From: an uncultured Gammaproteobacteria bacterium
GTDB lineage: Bacteria; Patescibacteriota; Microgenomatia; UBA12405
Reading direction: 5' to 3'
Assembly: GCA_964448705.1 (NCBI GenBank)
Contig: CAYUZS010000003.1
Location: forward strand, 73,384-137,383
DNA length: 64,000 bases
The notes below the pieces were generated by a model. The model made no database searches. It saw only the letters and a list, made by a program, of their open reading frames with translations, and was not told the origin of the DNA. Shown piece after piece: positions 1-10,885 of this stretch. The position numbers were made by a program, and so were the translations under genes. The first letter of the stretch is position 1; each line of letters opens with the position of its first letter.

Positions 1-93
1 ATCGTATCACTTTACTCTTAAACGCCATTATTAAATCCGGAGGATTTTACGAACAGCATCGTCGTCAAAACGATCTGCTATAATCAATTTCAT

Positions 94-291
94 ATGGCCA
101 ATAAAGTTGTTGTTAATCAGGATACTTGTATCGGTTGTAACACCTGTCCGCTTCTTGATCCGGAAACTTTTGAATTAGATACTACTTCATACAAAGCCAA
201 AGTTAAAAAACAACCATCCTCTATTACCCCCCAAGTCGAATCGGCAGTTGCCTCATGCCCGGTAAACGCTATTTCCATAGAATCAGATTAA
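94..291 (+). CDS. small 4Fe-4S ferredoxin
   Basis: 65-aa ORF with CIGCNTCP cluster motif and distal ASCP cysteine, the single-cluster ferredoxin layout. Confidence 0.7.
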   Translation: MANKVVVNQDTCIGCNTCPLLDPETFELDTTSYKAKVKKQPSSITPQVESAVASCPVNAISIESD

Positions 292-309
292 TTGTTTATC
301 AAATTCCTA

Positions 310-1296
310 ATGAAAGATTCTAAACTAAAAAATAATTACGTCAAAATTCCCGTTTTGGGTGTTGTCTTCTTTTGTACTCTGCTTGCCGCCAGTGCCTTTT
401 TTTCCGGAATTTCCTGGGCTAAACTTCGCAGCACTAATTCTGTAGACATCTCAAAAGCTACTGCTGTTTTCACTCCCGTCAAATCTGAAAAACCTGAATT
501 GAAATTTTTTGTTATGAGTTTTTGTCCCTACGGTAATCAAATGGAAGATATCCTTCGCCCGGTTTATGACCAGCTTCAAGACAAAGCTCTTCTCTCACCC
601 CATTACATTTTTGACAAAATTGACAATTTAAATACCTATTGTAGTGCCCGTTCCGGTGATTCAAATCAATGTGCCAGTTATGTTACCAATGGTTACTTCT
701 CTGATATCGCCAGTTGTAAAAAAACCATTTCTGAGAGCCTTAGCAGCTGTCTAAATGATAAACAATATCTAAAGACCAGCAGTGGTACTATGTATGCTTC
801 ACTTCATGGTCGTCAGGAAGCCAATCAAAACGTTAGGGAAATGTGTGCTTGGAAACAGGTAGATGACGACAAAAGCAAATGGTGGAATTTTATTGGTAAT
901 GTCAATAAAAACTGTACTAAAGATAATGCCGATGCTTGCTGGGAAAGTCAAGCCCAACAAGCAGGACTCGATACCACCAAAATCACTGAATGTTTCAATA
1001 ACGAAGCGGTCACTCTGATCGAAAATGAAATCGCCCTCACCACTAAATATAATGTTTCCGGTTCACCGACAGTTTTAATAAATGATGTCGAGTTCCCTCC
1101 GGAAAAAGCCTACACTCAAAATAGTGACGGCACTCTGGCTATCGGTAAAAAACTTGCCACTCAGGCTAAATATCGAACTCCGAATGTCATCAAAGAAGCT
1201 ATTTGTATCTCTATGAACAAAACAGCTAAGGAATGCAGCACTGTCTTAAATGAATTGACCGGAGAAGTTCCTTCAGCCGGTGGTTGTGGTAATTAA
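310..1296 (+). CDS. membrane-anchored DsbA/thioredoxin-fold thiol-disulfide oxidoreductase
   Basis: N-terminal TM helix, redox motif FVMSFCPYGNQ and C-terminal SGSPTVLIN motif. ATG at 310 preferred over TTG at 292. Confidence 0.55.
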   Translation: MKDSKLKNNYVKIPVLGVVFFCTLLAASAFFSGISWAKLRSTNSVDISKATAVFTPVKSEKPELKFFVMSFCPYGNQMEDILRPVYDQLQDKALLSPHYIFDKIDNLNTYCSARSGDSNQCASYVTNGYFSDIASCKKTISESLSSCLNDKQYLKTSSGTMYASLHGRQEANQNVREMCAWKQVDDDKSKWWNFIGNVNKNCTKDNADACWESQAQQAGLDTTKITECFNNEAVTLIENEIALTTKYNVSGSPTVLINDVEFPPEKAYTQNSDGTLAIGKKLATQAKYRTPNVIKEAICISMNKTAKECSTVLNELTGEVPSAGGCGN

Positions 1297-1305
1297 AATA
1301 TCTGC

Positions 1306-1845
1306 ATGGATAGACTTAATTCGCATCAACTTCGTAAAAGCAGAGTAGGGGAGGCTCAAAAAAAACAGTCCGAAATTAAACGATTTCCATTAGTCATTGT
1401 TTTAGATAATGTACTGGATACCTACAATATCGGTTCTTTTTTTCGTCTTGCCGACGCTCTTGGAGCCGAAAAATTATGTCTTTGCGGCCCTGTCGTCACC
1501 CCTCCGAATTTAAAAATTCATCGCAGCAGTATCGGCACTTGGAAATGGGTCCCTTGGCAGCATTATAATTCCACAGTCGAGTGTCTAAATCAGCTTAAAA
1601 AAGATGGATATCAAATAATTGCCTGTGAACAAGGTAAAAATACCGTTAATTATAAAAAAGCCAAATATAATTTTCCTCTAGCCATAGTTGCCGGCAGCGA
1701 ATCAAACGGAGTGGGGGAGTCTGTTCAAAAAATTTGTCATCAGATAGTCGAGATTCCCATGCATGGGATAAACAAATCTCTTAATGTCCTGGTTGCCACT
1801 TCAATTATCGCCTTTGAAGCCATCAATAAAATCACCCAAAAATAG
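1306..1845 (+). CDS. SpoU/TrmH-family RNA 2'-O-methyltransferase
   Basis: SPOUT motifs: NIGSFFRLADALG, AIVAGSESNGV, EIPMHGINKSLNV. Confidence 0.7.
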   Translation: MDRLNSHQLRKSRVGEAQKKQSEIKRFPLVIVLDNVLDTYNIGSFFRLADALGAEKLCLCGPVVTPPNLKIHRSSIGTWKWVPWQHYNSTVECLNQLKKDGYQIIACEQGKNTVNYKKAKYNFPLAIVAGSESNGVGESVQKICHQIVEIPMHGINKSLNVLVATSIIAFEAINKITQK

Positions 1846-1995
1846 GTAGTTTTTGACCTTAATTTTCCCCGTTTTTAAAAGCTTTTTTGATATATTTTTA
1901 TGCAGTGAAATTACCTATTTTTCCAGTAAATTTGCTTATTGCCAGCCTATTTTAATGTGTTACACTAACATTATCTCAATAAATAGACATTTTTT

Positions 1996-3936
1996 ATGAC
2001 AGACACACAAAATTATACCGGTGAACAAATAGTCGTCCTCGAAGGTTTGGAACCTGTTCGAAAACGTCCGGCCATGTATATCGGCTCTACCGACATCAGT
2101 GGTCTTCATCATTGTCTAACAGAAATCATCGACAATTCTATTGATGAAGCTCTGGCTGGTTTTGCCAAAAACGTTTGGATTATTATCCATCCCGATAATT
2201 CCGCCACAGTTGCCGACGATGGTCGGGGAATTCCTGTGGATATCATGCCAAAATATAAAAAACCGGCCCTCGAAGTTATCATGACCACTCTCCATTCCGG
2301 AGGTAAATTTGAAGGTGCTGCCTATAAAGTTTCCGGAGGATTGCACGGAGTTGGTGCCGCCTGTGTCAATGCCCTTTCCCGTCTATATCAAGTCGAAGTT
2401 CGCCGCGATAACAAAACCTACTTCATGGAATTTTCAAAAGGTGTTGTCAAAACTAAATTAACCACCATCACCGACACCAAAATTGAAAAACTCAATTCCA
2501 TTTTGCCGCCGAATATTACCGGAACCACCACCACTTTTTACCCTGATGCCGAAATCTTCAAAGAAACTACTGAATTCGATTCTAAAACCATCATTAAATC
2601 ACTGAAAGATCGGGCTTATTTAACCAGCAAAATATATTTTCATTTTTATGACGAAAGGGTTGGCCTCGAACGTCACTATTATTTTGAAGGGGGAATTCTC
2701 TCTCTTCTCCGCGAATTGAATAAAGGTAAAAGCGTTATTCATGAACCGATTTATATCCACAGTGATAGCGACGGTGTCGACGTGGAAGTCGCTCTGCAAT
2801 ACAACGATACTTTCCAAGAAAATACTCCTTCATACGTTAATATCATTAACACTCACGAAGGCGGTACTCATTTATCCGGATTCAAAACTGCTCTCACTAA
2901 ATCGATCAAGGATTATGCCGAACGTAAAGAAATGATTAAGGGTAAAAATGACACCATCACCGGCGATGATGTCCGCGAAGGCTTAACTGCCATTATTTCC
3001 GTTAAAATGGGCAGTAAAGATCTCCAGTTCGAAGGCCAGACAAAAGGTAAGTTGGGAAATTCCGAAGTTCAGCCGATTGTATCCAAGATTGTCCGTGAAT
3101 CTCTCGATATTTATTTTGAAGAACACCCTGATGTTGCCAAAACTATTATCGGTAAATCAATTTTAGCCATTCAAATTCGTAAAGCTGCCCGGGCCGCCAA
3201 AGACGCCATCATGCGCAAAGGTGCCTTCGATTCTATGGGTTTACCCGGTAAATTAGCCGACTGTCAATCCAAAAAACCGGAAGAATGCGAAATATACATC
3301 GTCGAAGGAGACTCCGCCGGCGGCTCTGCCAAACAGGGGAGGGATCGCAAATTTCAGGCTATTCTGCCTTTGTGGGGAAAAGCTCTTAACACAGAAGGGA
3401 TGAGACTCGATAAAATTGTCGGTTCCGACAAACTAAAAGATCTGATTATTGCCTTAGGTATGGGTATCGGTGAAACTTTTGATCAGAAAAAACTACGTTA
3501 TCATCGGGTAATTCTTATGTCCGATGCCGACGTGGATGGTGCTCATATCGCCACTTTGTTATTAACTTTTATTTTCCGTCATCTTCCGGGTATTATCGAA
3601 CAAGGTTATGTTTATATTGCCATGCCGCCGCTTTTCAAAATCAAACAAGGAAAAGAGATTGTTTATGCCTATACCGAAGAAGAAAAAGAAGTTGCCATAA
3701 AGAAGTTAGATGCCAGTAAAAATTTCGATATTCAGCGCTATAAAGGTTTAGGAGAAATGAATCCTGAACAGCTTTGGGAAACAACCATGAATCCGGAAAC
3801 CCGGCTCTTAAAAAGAATCACTATCTCTGACGCTCAAAAAGCTGACGAAACATTCCGTATCTTAATGAGTGAAGATGTTCCGCCCCGAAAAAAGTTCATC
3901 ACCACCCATGCTCATTTAGCTAATTTAGATATATAA
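1996..3936 (+). CDS. gyrB: DNA gyrase subunit B
   Basis: 646 aa with GHKL ATPase N-terminus, TOPRIM EGDSAGG and DADVDGAHI, and [19 protein letters not shown]. Confidence 0.97.
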   Translation: MTDTQNYTGEQIVVLEGLEPVRKRPAMYIGSTDISGLHHCLTEIIDNSIDEALAGFAKNVWIIIHPDNSATVADDGRGIPVDIMPKYKKPALEVIMTTLHSGGKFEGAAYKVSGGLHGVGAACVNALSRLYQVEVRRDNKTYFMEFSKGVVKTKLTTITDTKIEKLNSILPPNITGTTTTFYPDAEIFKETTEFDSKTIIKSLKDRAYLTSKIYFHFYDERVGLERHYYFEGGILSLLRELNKGKSVIHEPIYIHSDSDGVDVEVALQYNDTFQENTPSYVNIINTHEGGTHLSGFKTALTKSIKDYAERKEMIKGKNDTITGDDVREGLTAIISVKMGSKDLQFEGQTKGKLGNSEVQPIVSKIVRESLDIYFEEHPDVAKTIIGKSILAIQIRKAARAAKDAIMRKGAFDSMGLPGKLADCQSKKPEECEIYIVEGDSAGGSAKQGRDRKFQAILPLWGKALNTEGMRLDKIVGSDKLKDLIIALGMGIGETFDQKKLRYHRVILMSDADVDGAHIATLLLTFIFRHLPGIIEQGYVYIAMPPLFKIKQGKEIVYAYTEEEKEVAIKKLDASKNFDIQRYKGLGEMNPEQLWETTMNPETRLLKRITISDAQKADETFRILMSEDVPPRKKFITTHAHLANLDI

Positions 3937-3938
3937 TT

Positions 3939-6602
3939 ATGCCGGAAAATAACGTAAAAAATACCATAGTTAATGATGCTTCGCCCTTCATCAATAACAC
4001 CGGGAAAACCATTAATGTTGACATCGTCAACGAAATGGAAAAATCCTACCTCGACTATTCCATGTCGGTTATAGTCTCCCGGGCCTTGCCCGATGTTCGG
4101 GACGGTCTAAAACCGGTTCAGCGTCGTATTATCTACGCCATGAACCAAATTGGCTTGTCTGTTTCCGGTAAAAATGTTAAATCCGCAGCTATCGTCGGTG
4201 ATGTCATGAAATCCTACCATCCTCATGGTGACAGTTCCATCTACTTTGCCTTGGTTCGTATGGCTCAGGAATTCTCTCTCCGTTATCCTTTGGTTAAAGG
4301 TCAGGGAAACTTTGGCTCAATCGACGGCGATCCTCCGGCCGCCATGCGGTATACCGAAGCCAGGATGGCTAAAATTACTCCTGAAATGGTTGCCGACATC
4401 AATAAAGAAACTGTGGATATGATGGACAACTACGATGCTTCCACCAAAGAACCCACCGTTTTACCTGTCCGTGTTCCCAACCTTCTTTTAAATGGTGCCG
4501 ATGGTATCGCTGTCGGTATGGCTACCCGTATTCCTCCCCACAACTTAAAAGAACTTTGTGCCGCTATTGAATTTATCCTGGAAAATTGTAGTTTGGAAAA
4601 GATTGAAAAAGTTCCCGAGATTAAACCCATTCTTAAAAATCGAACCACCCAGGATATTGTTCTTGAGCCGGTTATAAAACTTGGTGAAACCAATTTTAAT
4701 GTTGAAACTACAGCCACCATCGAAGATTTAACTAAATTTGTCCAAGGACCGGATTTTCCCACCTCTGCAGAAATATACGGTAAAACCGGTATTTTAGAAA
4801 TGTACAACACCGGCCGGGGAAAATTTGTCATCAGGGGCAAAACCAACATTGAAGAAACCAAATCCGGAAAAATAAGAATTGTTATCACCGAAATTCCATA
4901 TCAAGTCAACAAAGCCGAAATGGTTTCCAAGATTGCCGACTTGGTTCGTGACAAAAAAATCATCGGTATATCGGATCTTAGGGACGAAACTGATCGTCAT
5001 GGTATCCGGGTTGTCGTCGAAATCAAGAAAAACGGCAAACCAAAGTCCATTCTCAATAAACTCTACAAATATACTGCCCTACAATCATCATATTCTGCCA
5101 ATATATTGGCACTTGTGAACGGTGTTCCTCAAACCTTGAACCTTCGTCAGATGTTGTTACTTTTCCTTCGCCACCGGGAATCAATTATTCGTCGGCGTTC
5201 AATTTTTGACCTAAAGAGCGCCTATATGAGAGCTCATATTCTGGATGGTCTCAAAAAAGCCCTCGACATTATTGATGAAGTCATTAAAACTATTCGCGGC
5301 ACCAAACCAAACGAAGACGCCAAAACCAAGTTAATGGATAAATTTGGTTTCACCGATCTTCAGGCCCAAGCCATTTTGGAAATGCAGCTCAAGAAACTCT
5401 CCGGTTTGGAACGACAAAAACTTGACGAAGAATACGCCGAAGTTGAAAACACCATCAAAAAACTTACTGCTATCTTAACCCAGCCCGAAGAAATGATTCG
5501 TGTTTTGAAAAATGAAAACAAGGAAATATCGGAAAAATATGGTGACGTCAGAAAAACAAAAATCTATTCCCGTGGATTGGAAGAATTCAGTGAAGAAGAT
5601 TTGATCCCCAACGAACCAACCTTGGTCACCATCACTAAAACCGGATATATTAAGCGGGTACCGAAAGAAACTTATCGTTCACAAAAGCGCGGTGGAATCG
5701 GAGTTTCCGGAATGTCCACCAAGTCAGAAGACGAAGTTGAAAACATGCTTTTAGTTAATACCCATGATGATCTGCTTTTCTTCACCAATAAAGGCCGTGT
5801 CTTTAAGACCAAAGTATGGGATGTCCCGGAAAGTTCCCGCCAATCAAAAGGTCAGGCTGTCATCAACCTGATTAACATCGTTCAGGGTGAAACCATTCAA
5901 ACCGTTCTACCATACAGTAAAAACTTTCCTGCCAAATTTATTCTTTTAACCACTAAAAACGGCATTATCAAGAAAACCTCCATCGATAAATTCAAAAACA
6001 TTCGTCAAAGCGGATTGGCCGCCATCAAACTTGATCCTAAAGATGAGTTGATTTTCGCCAAATTAACCGGTGGTAACGATCAAATATTTCTCGTAACTTA
6101 CAATGGTAAATGCATTCGTTTTAATGAAACCGACACCAGACCTATGGGCCGTCACACCCGCGGTGTCCGGGGTATCACCTTAAAAGACAATGACCGTCTG
6201 GTTGGTGTTGATATTGTTCCGCAAACCATCGCTGCCACTAATAAAGAAAAAACAGGTGAATTCTACCGTCATTTAATGGTGGTCACTGAAAACGGAGTCG
6301 GTAAACGGACCAACGTCTATCTTTACCCCTTACAAAAGCGTGGTGGGATTGGTGTTAAAGTTGCTGCTCTCAACTCTAAAACCGGAAAAATAGCCGCTGC
6401 TCAGGTAGTTTCAGAAAAGTCAGAACAGGCAATTCTGGTTTCCAAAAAAGCTATTACCATTAATTTACCTCTTAAAAATATTCCTACCTTAAGTCGCAAC
6501 ACCAGAGGTGTCATTCTCATGAGATTTAAATCAACTGATGATAAAGTTAACGCTATGACCATCATCGAGAAGACTCCGGAAATAGAAAATTTGGAAAAAT
6601 AA
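3939..6602 (+). CDS. gyrA: DNA gyrase subunit A
   Basis: 887 aa with [19 protein letters not shown], the [10 protein letters not shown] active-site region and C-terminal beta-pinwheel repeats. Starts 3 nt after gyrB. Confidence 0.97.
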   Translation: MPENNVKNTIVNDASPFINNTGKTINVDIVNEMEKSYLDYSMSVIVSRALPDVRDGLKPVQRRIIYAMNQIGLSVSGKNVKSAAIVGDVMKSYHPHGDSSIYFALVRMAQEFSLRYPLVKGQGNFGSIDGDPPAAMRYTEARMAKITPEMVADINKETVDMMDNYDASTKEPTVLPVRVPNLLLNGADGIAVGMATRIPPHNLKELCAAIEFILENCSLEKIEKVPEIKPILKNRTTQDIVLEPVIKLGETNFNVETTATIEDLTKFVQGPDFPTSAEIYGKTGILEMYNTGRGKFVIRGKTNIEETKSGKIRIVITEIPYQVNKAEMVSKIADLVRDKKIIGISDLRDETDRHGIRVVVEIKKNGKPKSILNKLYKYTALQSSYSANILALVNGVPQTLNLRQMLLLFLRHRESIIRRRSIFDLKSAYMRAHILDGLKKALDIIDEVIKTIRGTKPNEDAKTKLMDKFGFTDLQAQAILEMQLKKLSGLERQKLDEEYAEVENTIKKLTAILTQPEEMIRVLKNENKEISEKYGDVRKTKIYSRGLEEFSEEDLIPNEPTLVTITKTGYIKRVPKETYRSQKRGGIGVSGMSTKSEDEVENMLLVNTHDDLLFFTNKGRVFKTKVWDVPESSRQSKGQAVINLINIVQGETIQTVLPYSKNFPAKFILLTTKNGIIKKTSIDKFKNIRQSGLAAIKLDPKDELIFAKLTGGNDQIFLVTYNGKCIRFNETDTRPMGRHTRGVRGITLKDNDRLVGVDIVPQTIAATNKEKTGEFYRHLMVVTENGVGKRTNVYLYPLQKRGGIGVKVAALNSKTGKIAAAQVVSEKSEQAILVSKKAITINLPLKNIPTLSRNTRGVILMRFKSTDDKVNAMTIIEKTPEIENLEK

Positions 6603-6632
6603 TCTGTAATTGTCAGCCATTTTTCAACTATA

Positions 6633-6738
6633 AAAATTATAGGATACATGAGGGTAGGGGATTATTCCACACTTATAGGATAGATATTACGGGATAGTCA
6701 TTTTTGGCAAAGGATCAGCCTGATTGCTAGTTAGCTTT
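6633..6738 (+). repeat. left copy of imperfect direct repeat flanking the recombinase (AAAATTATAGGATACAT ... GCTAGTTAGCTTT)
   Basis: 16/17 match to 8356-8372 and 12/13 match to 8427-8439, collinear. TTATAGGAT occurs at 6637 and 6673. Confidence 0.35.
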
Positions 6739-6868
6739 AAAGTTCTACTTTAATCCTAAAATACGGCAAATTTGATATCTCAATAAGTAGGGGAGTCGTC
6801 TCCAAAAATTTTAGCTTCCATATCCCAAACAAGGCTCAACTATAGGACATAACTGATATGTATTCTTT

Positions 6869-7801
6869 TTATTTATTTCCGTGATGAAATTTATCATGAA
6901 CTTCCCGTAATCTTGCATCAGTTACATGAGTATAAATTTGAGTAGTTGCGATATTTTTATGACCAAGCATTTCCTGAACGGACCGTAGGTCGGCTCCTGC
7001 TCTCAACAGATCGGTCGCCATTGAATGACGTAGAGTATGTGGTGTCGCCGCCACCGGAATCTTGGCCTGATGGACATATCTTTTTACAATGTTTTGTACC
7101 GAACGACTGGTTAACCTCGCTTTTTCGTCCGTCGAAATTAAGCCTCTTCGTTTGGAATAGTTTATAAACAATGGTTTCATTTTGTCAGTTCTTTCCCGAA
7201 GATATCTTTCCAACCACGTTGCCGCTTGTTTGGAAATAAACACCACTCTGGCCCGACCGCCTTTTCCGATCACTCCGAATTCTCTGGTTTTCAAATCTAT
7301 CTGATCTCTATCCAGGGACACCAGTTCTGACACCCGTAGACCGCTGGAAAATAACAATTCCAGCAATGCCTTGTCTCGTATCCCGATTGGTGTTGATACT
7401 AATGGCTGACTTAACAGTCTGTCGATTTGGTCGTCATTCAAAAACTTTAATGAATGATCCTTATTTTTGGGAACATCCAATTTTTCCGGCTCCATAACTT
7501 TCTTGTCATTTTTTACCAGCCATTTCAAAAACGACCTTAATACTATTACGTAATATCCCTGAGTCACTATCTTCATATCGCCGTAAACACCCGGCTGTCT
7601 CGATAAATACAATCTGAATTTTCTGATATTTTCACTATTAATATCCTTTAACGATGGTTTTTCAATTTTTAGTTCTTCCTCTAAATATTTTTCCAGCCGG
7701 TAAAGATAATGTTCATACTTTACCATTGTCAGTCGGGAACAGTTTCTCTCAATTTCCAAATGTTCCAAAAATCTTCTTATAAAAACGTGCAATTCATCCA
7801 T
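6869..7801 (-). CDS. tyrosine site-specific recombinase, XerC/XerD family
   Basis: 310 aa with N-terminal SAM-like core-binding domain and catalytic C-terminus HTLRHSMATDLL...LGHKNIATTQIYTHV. Confidence 0.85.
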   Translation of the reverse strand: MDELHVFIRRFLEHLEIERNCSRLTMVKYEHYLYRLEKYLEEELKIEKPSLKDINSENIRKFRLYLSRQPGVYGDMKIVTQGYYVIVLRSFLKWLVKNDKKVMEPEKLDVPKNKDHSLKFLNDDQIDRLLSQPLVSTPIGIRDKALLELLFSSGLRVSELVSLDRDQIDLKTREFGVIGKGGRARVVFISKQAATWLERYLRERTDKMKPLFINYSKRRGLISTDEKARLTSRSVQNIVKRYVHQAKIPVAATPHTLRHSMATDLLRAGADLRSVQEMLGHKNIATTQIYTHVTDARLREVHDKFHHGNK

Positions 7802-8355
7802 AAAGTATTCTACAAAATAAAAAACATCAATTCTAGAGCCTCTGGTGAGGTCAATGTATATTTTATCGGTATTTTAGGTATATTTCTAATACTACCCTTA
7901 AAAATCTGGTCAGGGGAGTCGGCTAAGAAATTTGAACCCGGGTTCAGGCAACCTTTGTCAGAGTCGGCAACGGAGGATTATGGTCATTTTTTATAAATCT
8001 AAATCAGCATTTTATCTTTTAAAGAAAAATAATTTTAAAAATTAATTTTAAAAATTAGCTTTTTTAACCACTCCCCCTGCCTCTTCACTTTCTTTATTTC
8101 GTGAAAGATACATTCTGCGAAATAAGAAATGTCTACTCTCTCTAAGAGAGGACTAAACAACTATTAATCTCCCGTCAACCGCACATATAGATCAATATAA
8201 AAGCTCTTTTATTTATTAATTACTCCTCTCAATTCCACCCCACTCTCCAAACCTAACAATCGGTGTATTGATACATTCGGTAAATACCGGGTTTTCCACA
8301 TAGACTATATCATAATATATCACCTGTCTTATAATATTATAGGATTTATTCTGTG

Positions 8356-8439
8356 AAAATTATAGGATATATCGTGAAAATGGCTACCCTCCTCCCCTGT
8401 CTGGGCTGTCATTAAAATTTTTTTCTGCTAATTAGCTTT
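8356..8439 (+). repeat. right copy of imperfect direct repeat flanking the recombinase (AAAATTATAGGATATAT ... GCTAATTAGCTTT)
   Basis: Collinear matches to 6633-6738. TTATAGGAT occurs at 8337 and 8360. Confidence 0.35.
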
Positions 8440-8588
8440 GCTTAGCTTTATTTATACTTGCAAAGACACTTACTTGTCTCTAAAGTTTTAATTTAAAAAA
8501 GCTCTTTCACCGTTTCCCTAAACAACTCTCTTCCTCTCCCCTATTATTTTAGTTAAAAATTGATTTTAGACTATATATAGGCACAATT

Positions 8589-9374
8589 TTATCTCCATCT
8601 TGTTATCAGAACTATTGCTGCCAATACCGCAATTGCCACCCAGATATACATTAACCAAATCCTCTTAAAAAGCCTATCCCGAATGTCAGCCTGTATCAGT
8701 CCGCTCATCATATAAATCATCGCCACCAGATAAACTGAACCTTTAAAGATTCCTGTCGGCCAAAACGAGAACGCAATCGCCATCTCAGATAATAAAACTG
8801 CCGGCACTATTACGTAAGAAACCATTTTTTTGTTTTTCCCGTCATCCGACAGTTCAATTGCTATTGCCCAAAATTGATACAAAAATACTACCACCCCGAT
8901 TAACAACGACCACAGTCCGTTTATCCAAAAACTCAGTCTATAGGAAAATAAACTGTCAAACATAAAAAACGAAGCCAAAAGCAGGATAATCAAACTCACT
9001 GTATAAGCCGCCCGATACAATGGCACTGTTTTAAAACCGATTGCTACCAAAAACACATTTTCCACCAGAAAAATTACATAAAGTATCAGTCCGAAAAATA
9101 AACTCAATATCACCGTCCAAAAAGCACTGGAGTTTAAAAAAGCTCCGAATAATCCGAATCCGACAAAAAAGCTGGTTGGCAGTAATATTGCCATAATCCT
9201 GGTATACACGCTTTTTTCAAAAATTATTCCCAGGCCAAACCAAACACAAAATATCACCAACACTATTCCCACCATCAATCCAAAATATCTGGATTCATAG
9301 GGCAAAGATATAAATACAAAAAAACCTAAAGCCGAAATCAAAGACGATATAAAGTATTTAAACCGTTTACTCAT
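8589..9374 (-). CDS. polytopic integral membrane protein, function unknown
   Basis: About 8 hydrophobic helices. Start at MSKRF gives an ATGAGTAA overlap with the yebC stop. Confidence 0.5.
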   Translation of the reverse strand: MSKRFKYFISSLISALGFFVFISLPYESRYFGLMVGIVLVIFCVWFGLGIIFEKSVYTRIMAILLPTSFFVGFGLFGAFLNSSAFWTVILSLFFGLILYVIFLVENVFLVAIGFKTVPLYRAAYTVSLIILLLASFFMFDSLFSYRLSFWINGLWSLLIGVVVFLYQFWAIAIELSDDGKNKKMVSYVIVPAVLLSEMAIAFSFWPTGIFKGSVYLVAMIYMMSGLIQADIRDRLFKRIWLMYIWVAIAVLAAIVLITRWR

Positions 9375-10047
9375 AGTAATCAAATCCGGCAAAAACATTA
9401 ATCACATCATCATTATCTTCCAACTCCTCAATCATTTCCATCACTCTTTCCACTTCCTCTTCTTTTGTCAGCATCACCGGCTGTTTGGCTCTCATCGCCA
9501 ATCTTTCCTCAATAATCTCTAACCCCATACTCTTAATCTTGTCCGATACTGTTTTAAAATTTGCCGGTTCGGTTAAAACAATATTTCCATCAAAATCCTT
9601 GGCTCCAAAATCTATCAGATTTAACTGTTCTTCCTCCGTGATTTTATTTACCTCAATCTCCCCTGCTCTGTCAAAAAGAAATTGCAGCGAACCCTCTTCG
9701 CCCAAACTGGACTCGTAATTTCTAAAAATTAACCTGATTTCAGACAATATTCGATTTTTATTATCGGTTTCACATTCGATTATCATCGGCACCCCATAAG
9801 GTCCAAAACCCTCAAATTGACAGCGGATCAAATTTGCTTTCCGGCTTTCAAATCTGGTTATCAGTCTTTCGATATTCTCTTTTGGCATATTCACTTCTTT
9901 GGCTCTGGCAATCGCTTCCTGTAAACCGGTACCATTTCTTAATGCTGTCATCACGTTTTTCGATGCTTTTGTAAACGCTTCGCTTCGCTTTTTATCCTGG
10001 GCGCCTTTTCGATTTTTGATGTTTGCCCATTTTGAATGACCTGACAT
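9367..10047 (-). CDS. yebC: YebC/PmpR-family transcriptional regulator
   Basis: Diagnostic N-terminus MSGHSKWANIKNRKGAQDKKRSEAFTK, 226 aa. Confidence 0.85.
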   Translation of the reverse strand: MSGHSKWANIKNRKGAQDKKRSEAFTKASKNVMTALRNGTGLQEAIARAKEVNMPKENIERLITRFESRKANLIRCQFEGFGPYGVPMIIECETDNKNRILSEIRLIFRNYESSLGEEGSLQFLFDRAGEIEVNKITEEEQLNLIDFGAKDFDGNIVLTEPANFKTVSDKIKSMGLEIIEERLAMRAKQPVMLTKEEEVERVMEMIEELEDNDDVINVFAGFDYYE

Positions 10048-10063
10048 ATTTTTTTAAATTTTA

Positions 10064-10885
10064 TTACGGACTATAACTAGGGTAGTTTAACATTTGCGAG
10101 AAGCTATCTTCAAAATATAATTCCACCTCTTTTTCGTTGACACTTCCGTTCTCTTCAAATACACAGGTATTAAATTCCCGTCGTAATACTTTTTCACCGT
10201 ATGTTCCATTAAAACCCTTTCCGTACATTATTTTGCACCCCTCCACTGTCCCGGTATAATTGTCTACTCCCACCACTGTAAAACCGGCTTTCTCCAAAAT
10301 TTTACTCATAAAATTTGCCAGCCCGGAGCTTTGGCTGGAATTATAAATTGTCAGTTTCAAATCTTCATTTAACAGCCGATTGTCGGCAAAATCCCTCTCC
10401 ATTATTTCTTCCATTTTTCCTTCATCTGTTTTATAGTTTTCCGTCAACACTTCTCTTTTGCTCATCATTTTTGATTGGGAAAACAGATATCTCAAAAAAT
10501 CAGCCAGTCCCCAGCTTCTGAGAGTTTTAGCATTATATAACCAGTTATCATGGCTGTTAAAAACAGTTACATCAGGCACAATTCCGAAATTATAAAAAAC
10601 CAATTTATCGATTAAATCATATTTCTTCTCCTGATCCAGCAGTTTTTTAATTTTATCGCTGTCATACCACCCCATTCCCTCCGGCACCCACACCGGCACT
10701 CCCTTTCCGACTACCAGCTCGTTCACCATTCTTCTTTGCCAGGATACGGATCGGATCACTATTCCCGAATCATCCACAGTCACCACTTTAAAATCACTAT
10801 CGTTGTTTTTTCTTATTTCATACCCCATCCCTACGATCACTAATCCCAAAATCAACAGTATCAGCCACCAAAATCTTTTAATCAT
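10064..10885 (-). CDS. membrane-anchored protein with LytR_C-like C-terminal domain
   Basis: N-terminal TM helix. C-terminal LTIYNSSQSSGLANFMSKILEKAGFTVVGVDNY resembles the LytR C-terminal domain. Confidence 0.4.
   Translation of the reverse strand: MIKRFWWLILLILGLVIVGMGYEIRKNNDSDFKVVTVDDSGIVIRSVSWQRRMVNELVVGKGVPVWVPEGMGWYDSDKIKKLLDQEKKYDLIDKLVFYNFGIVPDVTVFNSHDNWLYNAKTLRSWGLADFLRYLFSQSKMMSKREVLTENYKTDEGKMEEIMERDFADNRLLNEDLKLTIYNSSQSSGLANFMSKILEKAGFTVVGVDNYTGTVEGCKIMYGKGFNGTYGEKVLRREFNTCVFEENGSVNEKEVELYFEDSFSQMLNYPSYSP

Noticed and set aside
2116-6649. Multiple 60-150 aa antisense or out-of-frame ORFs inside gyrB/gyrA, with similar ones inside dnaB, cysS, dnaX, topA, rseP and others
   Set aside because: They are fully embedded in strongly supported genes and have no independent signals. 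These are typical shadow ORFs of AT-rich sequence.
7709-7996. 95-aa plus-strand ORF upstream of the recombinase
   Set aside because: It overlaps the recombinase 5' end antisense, has low-complexity composition and has no RBS or start context.
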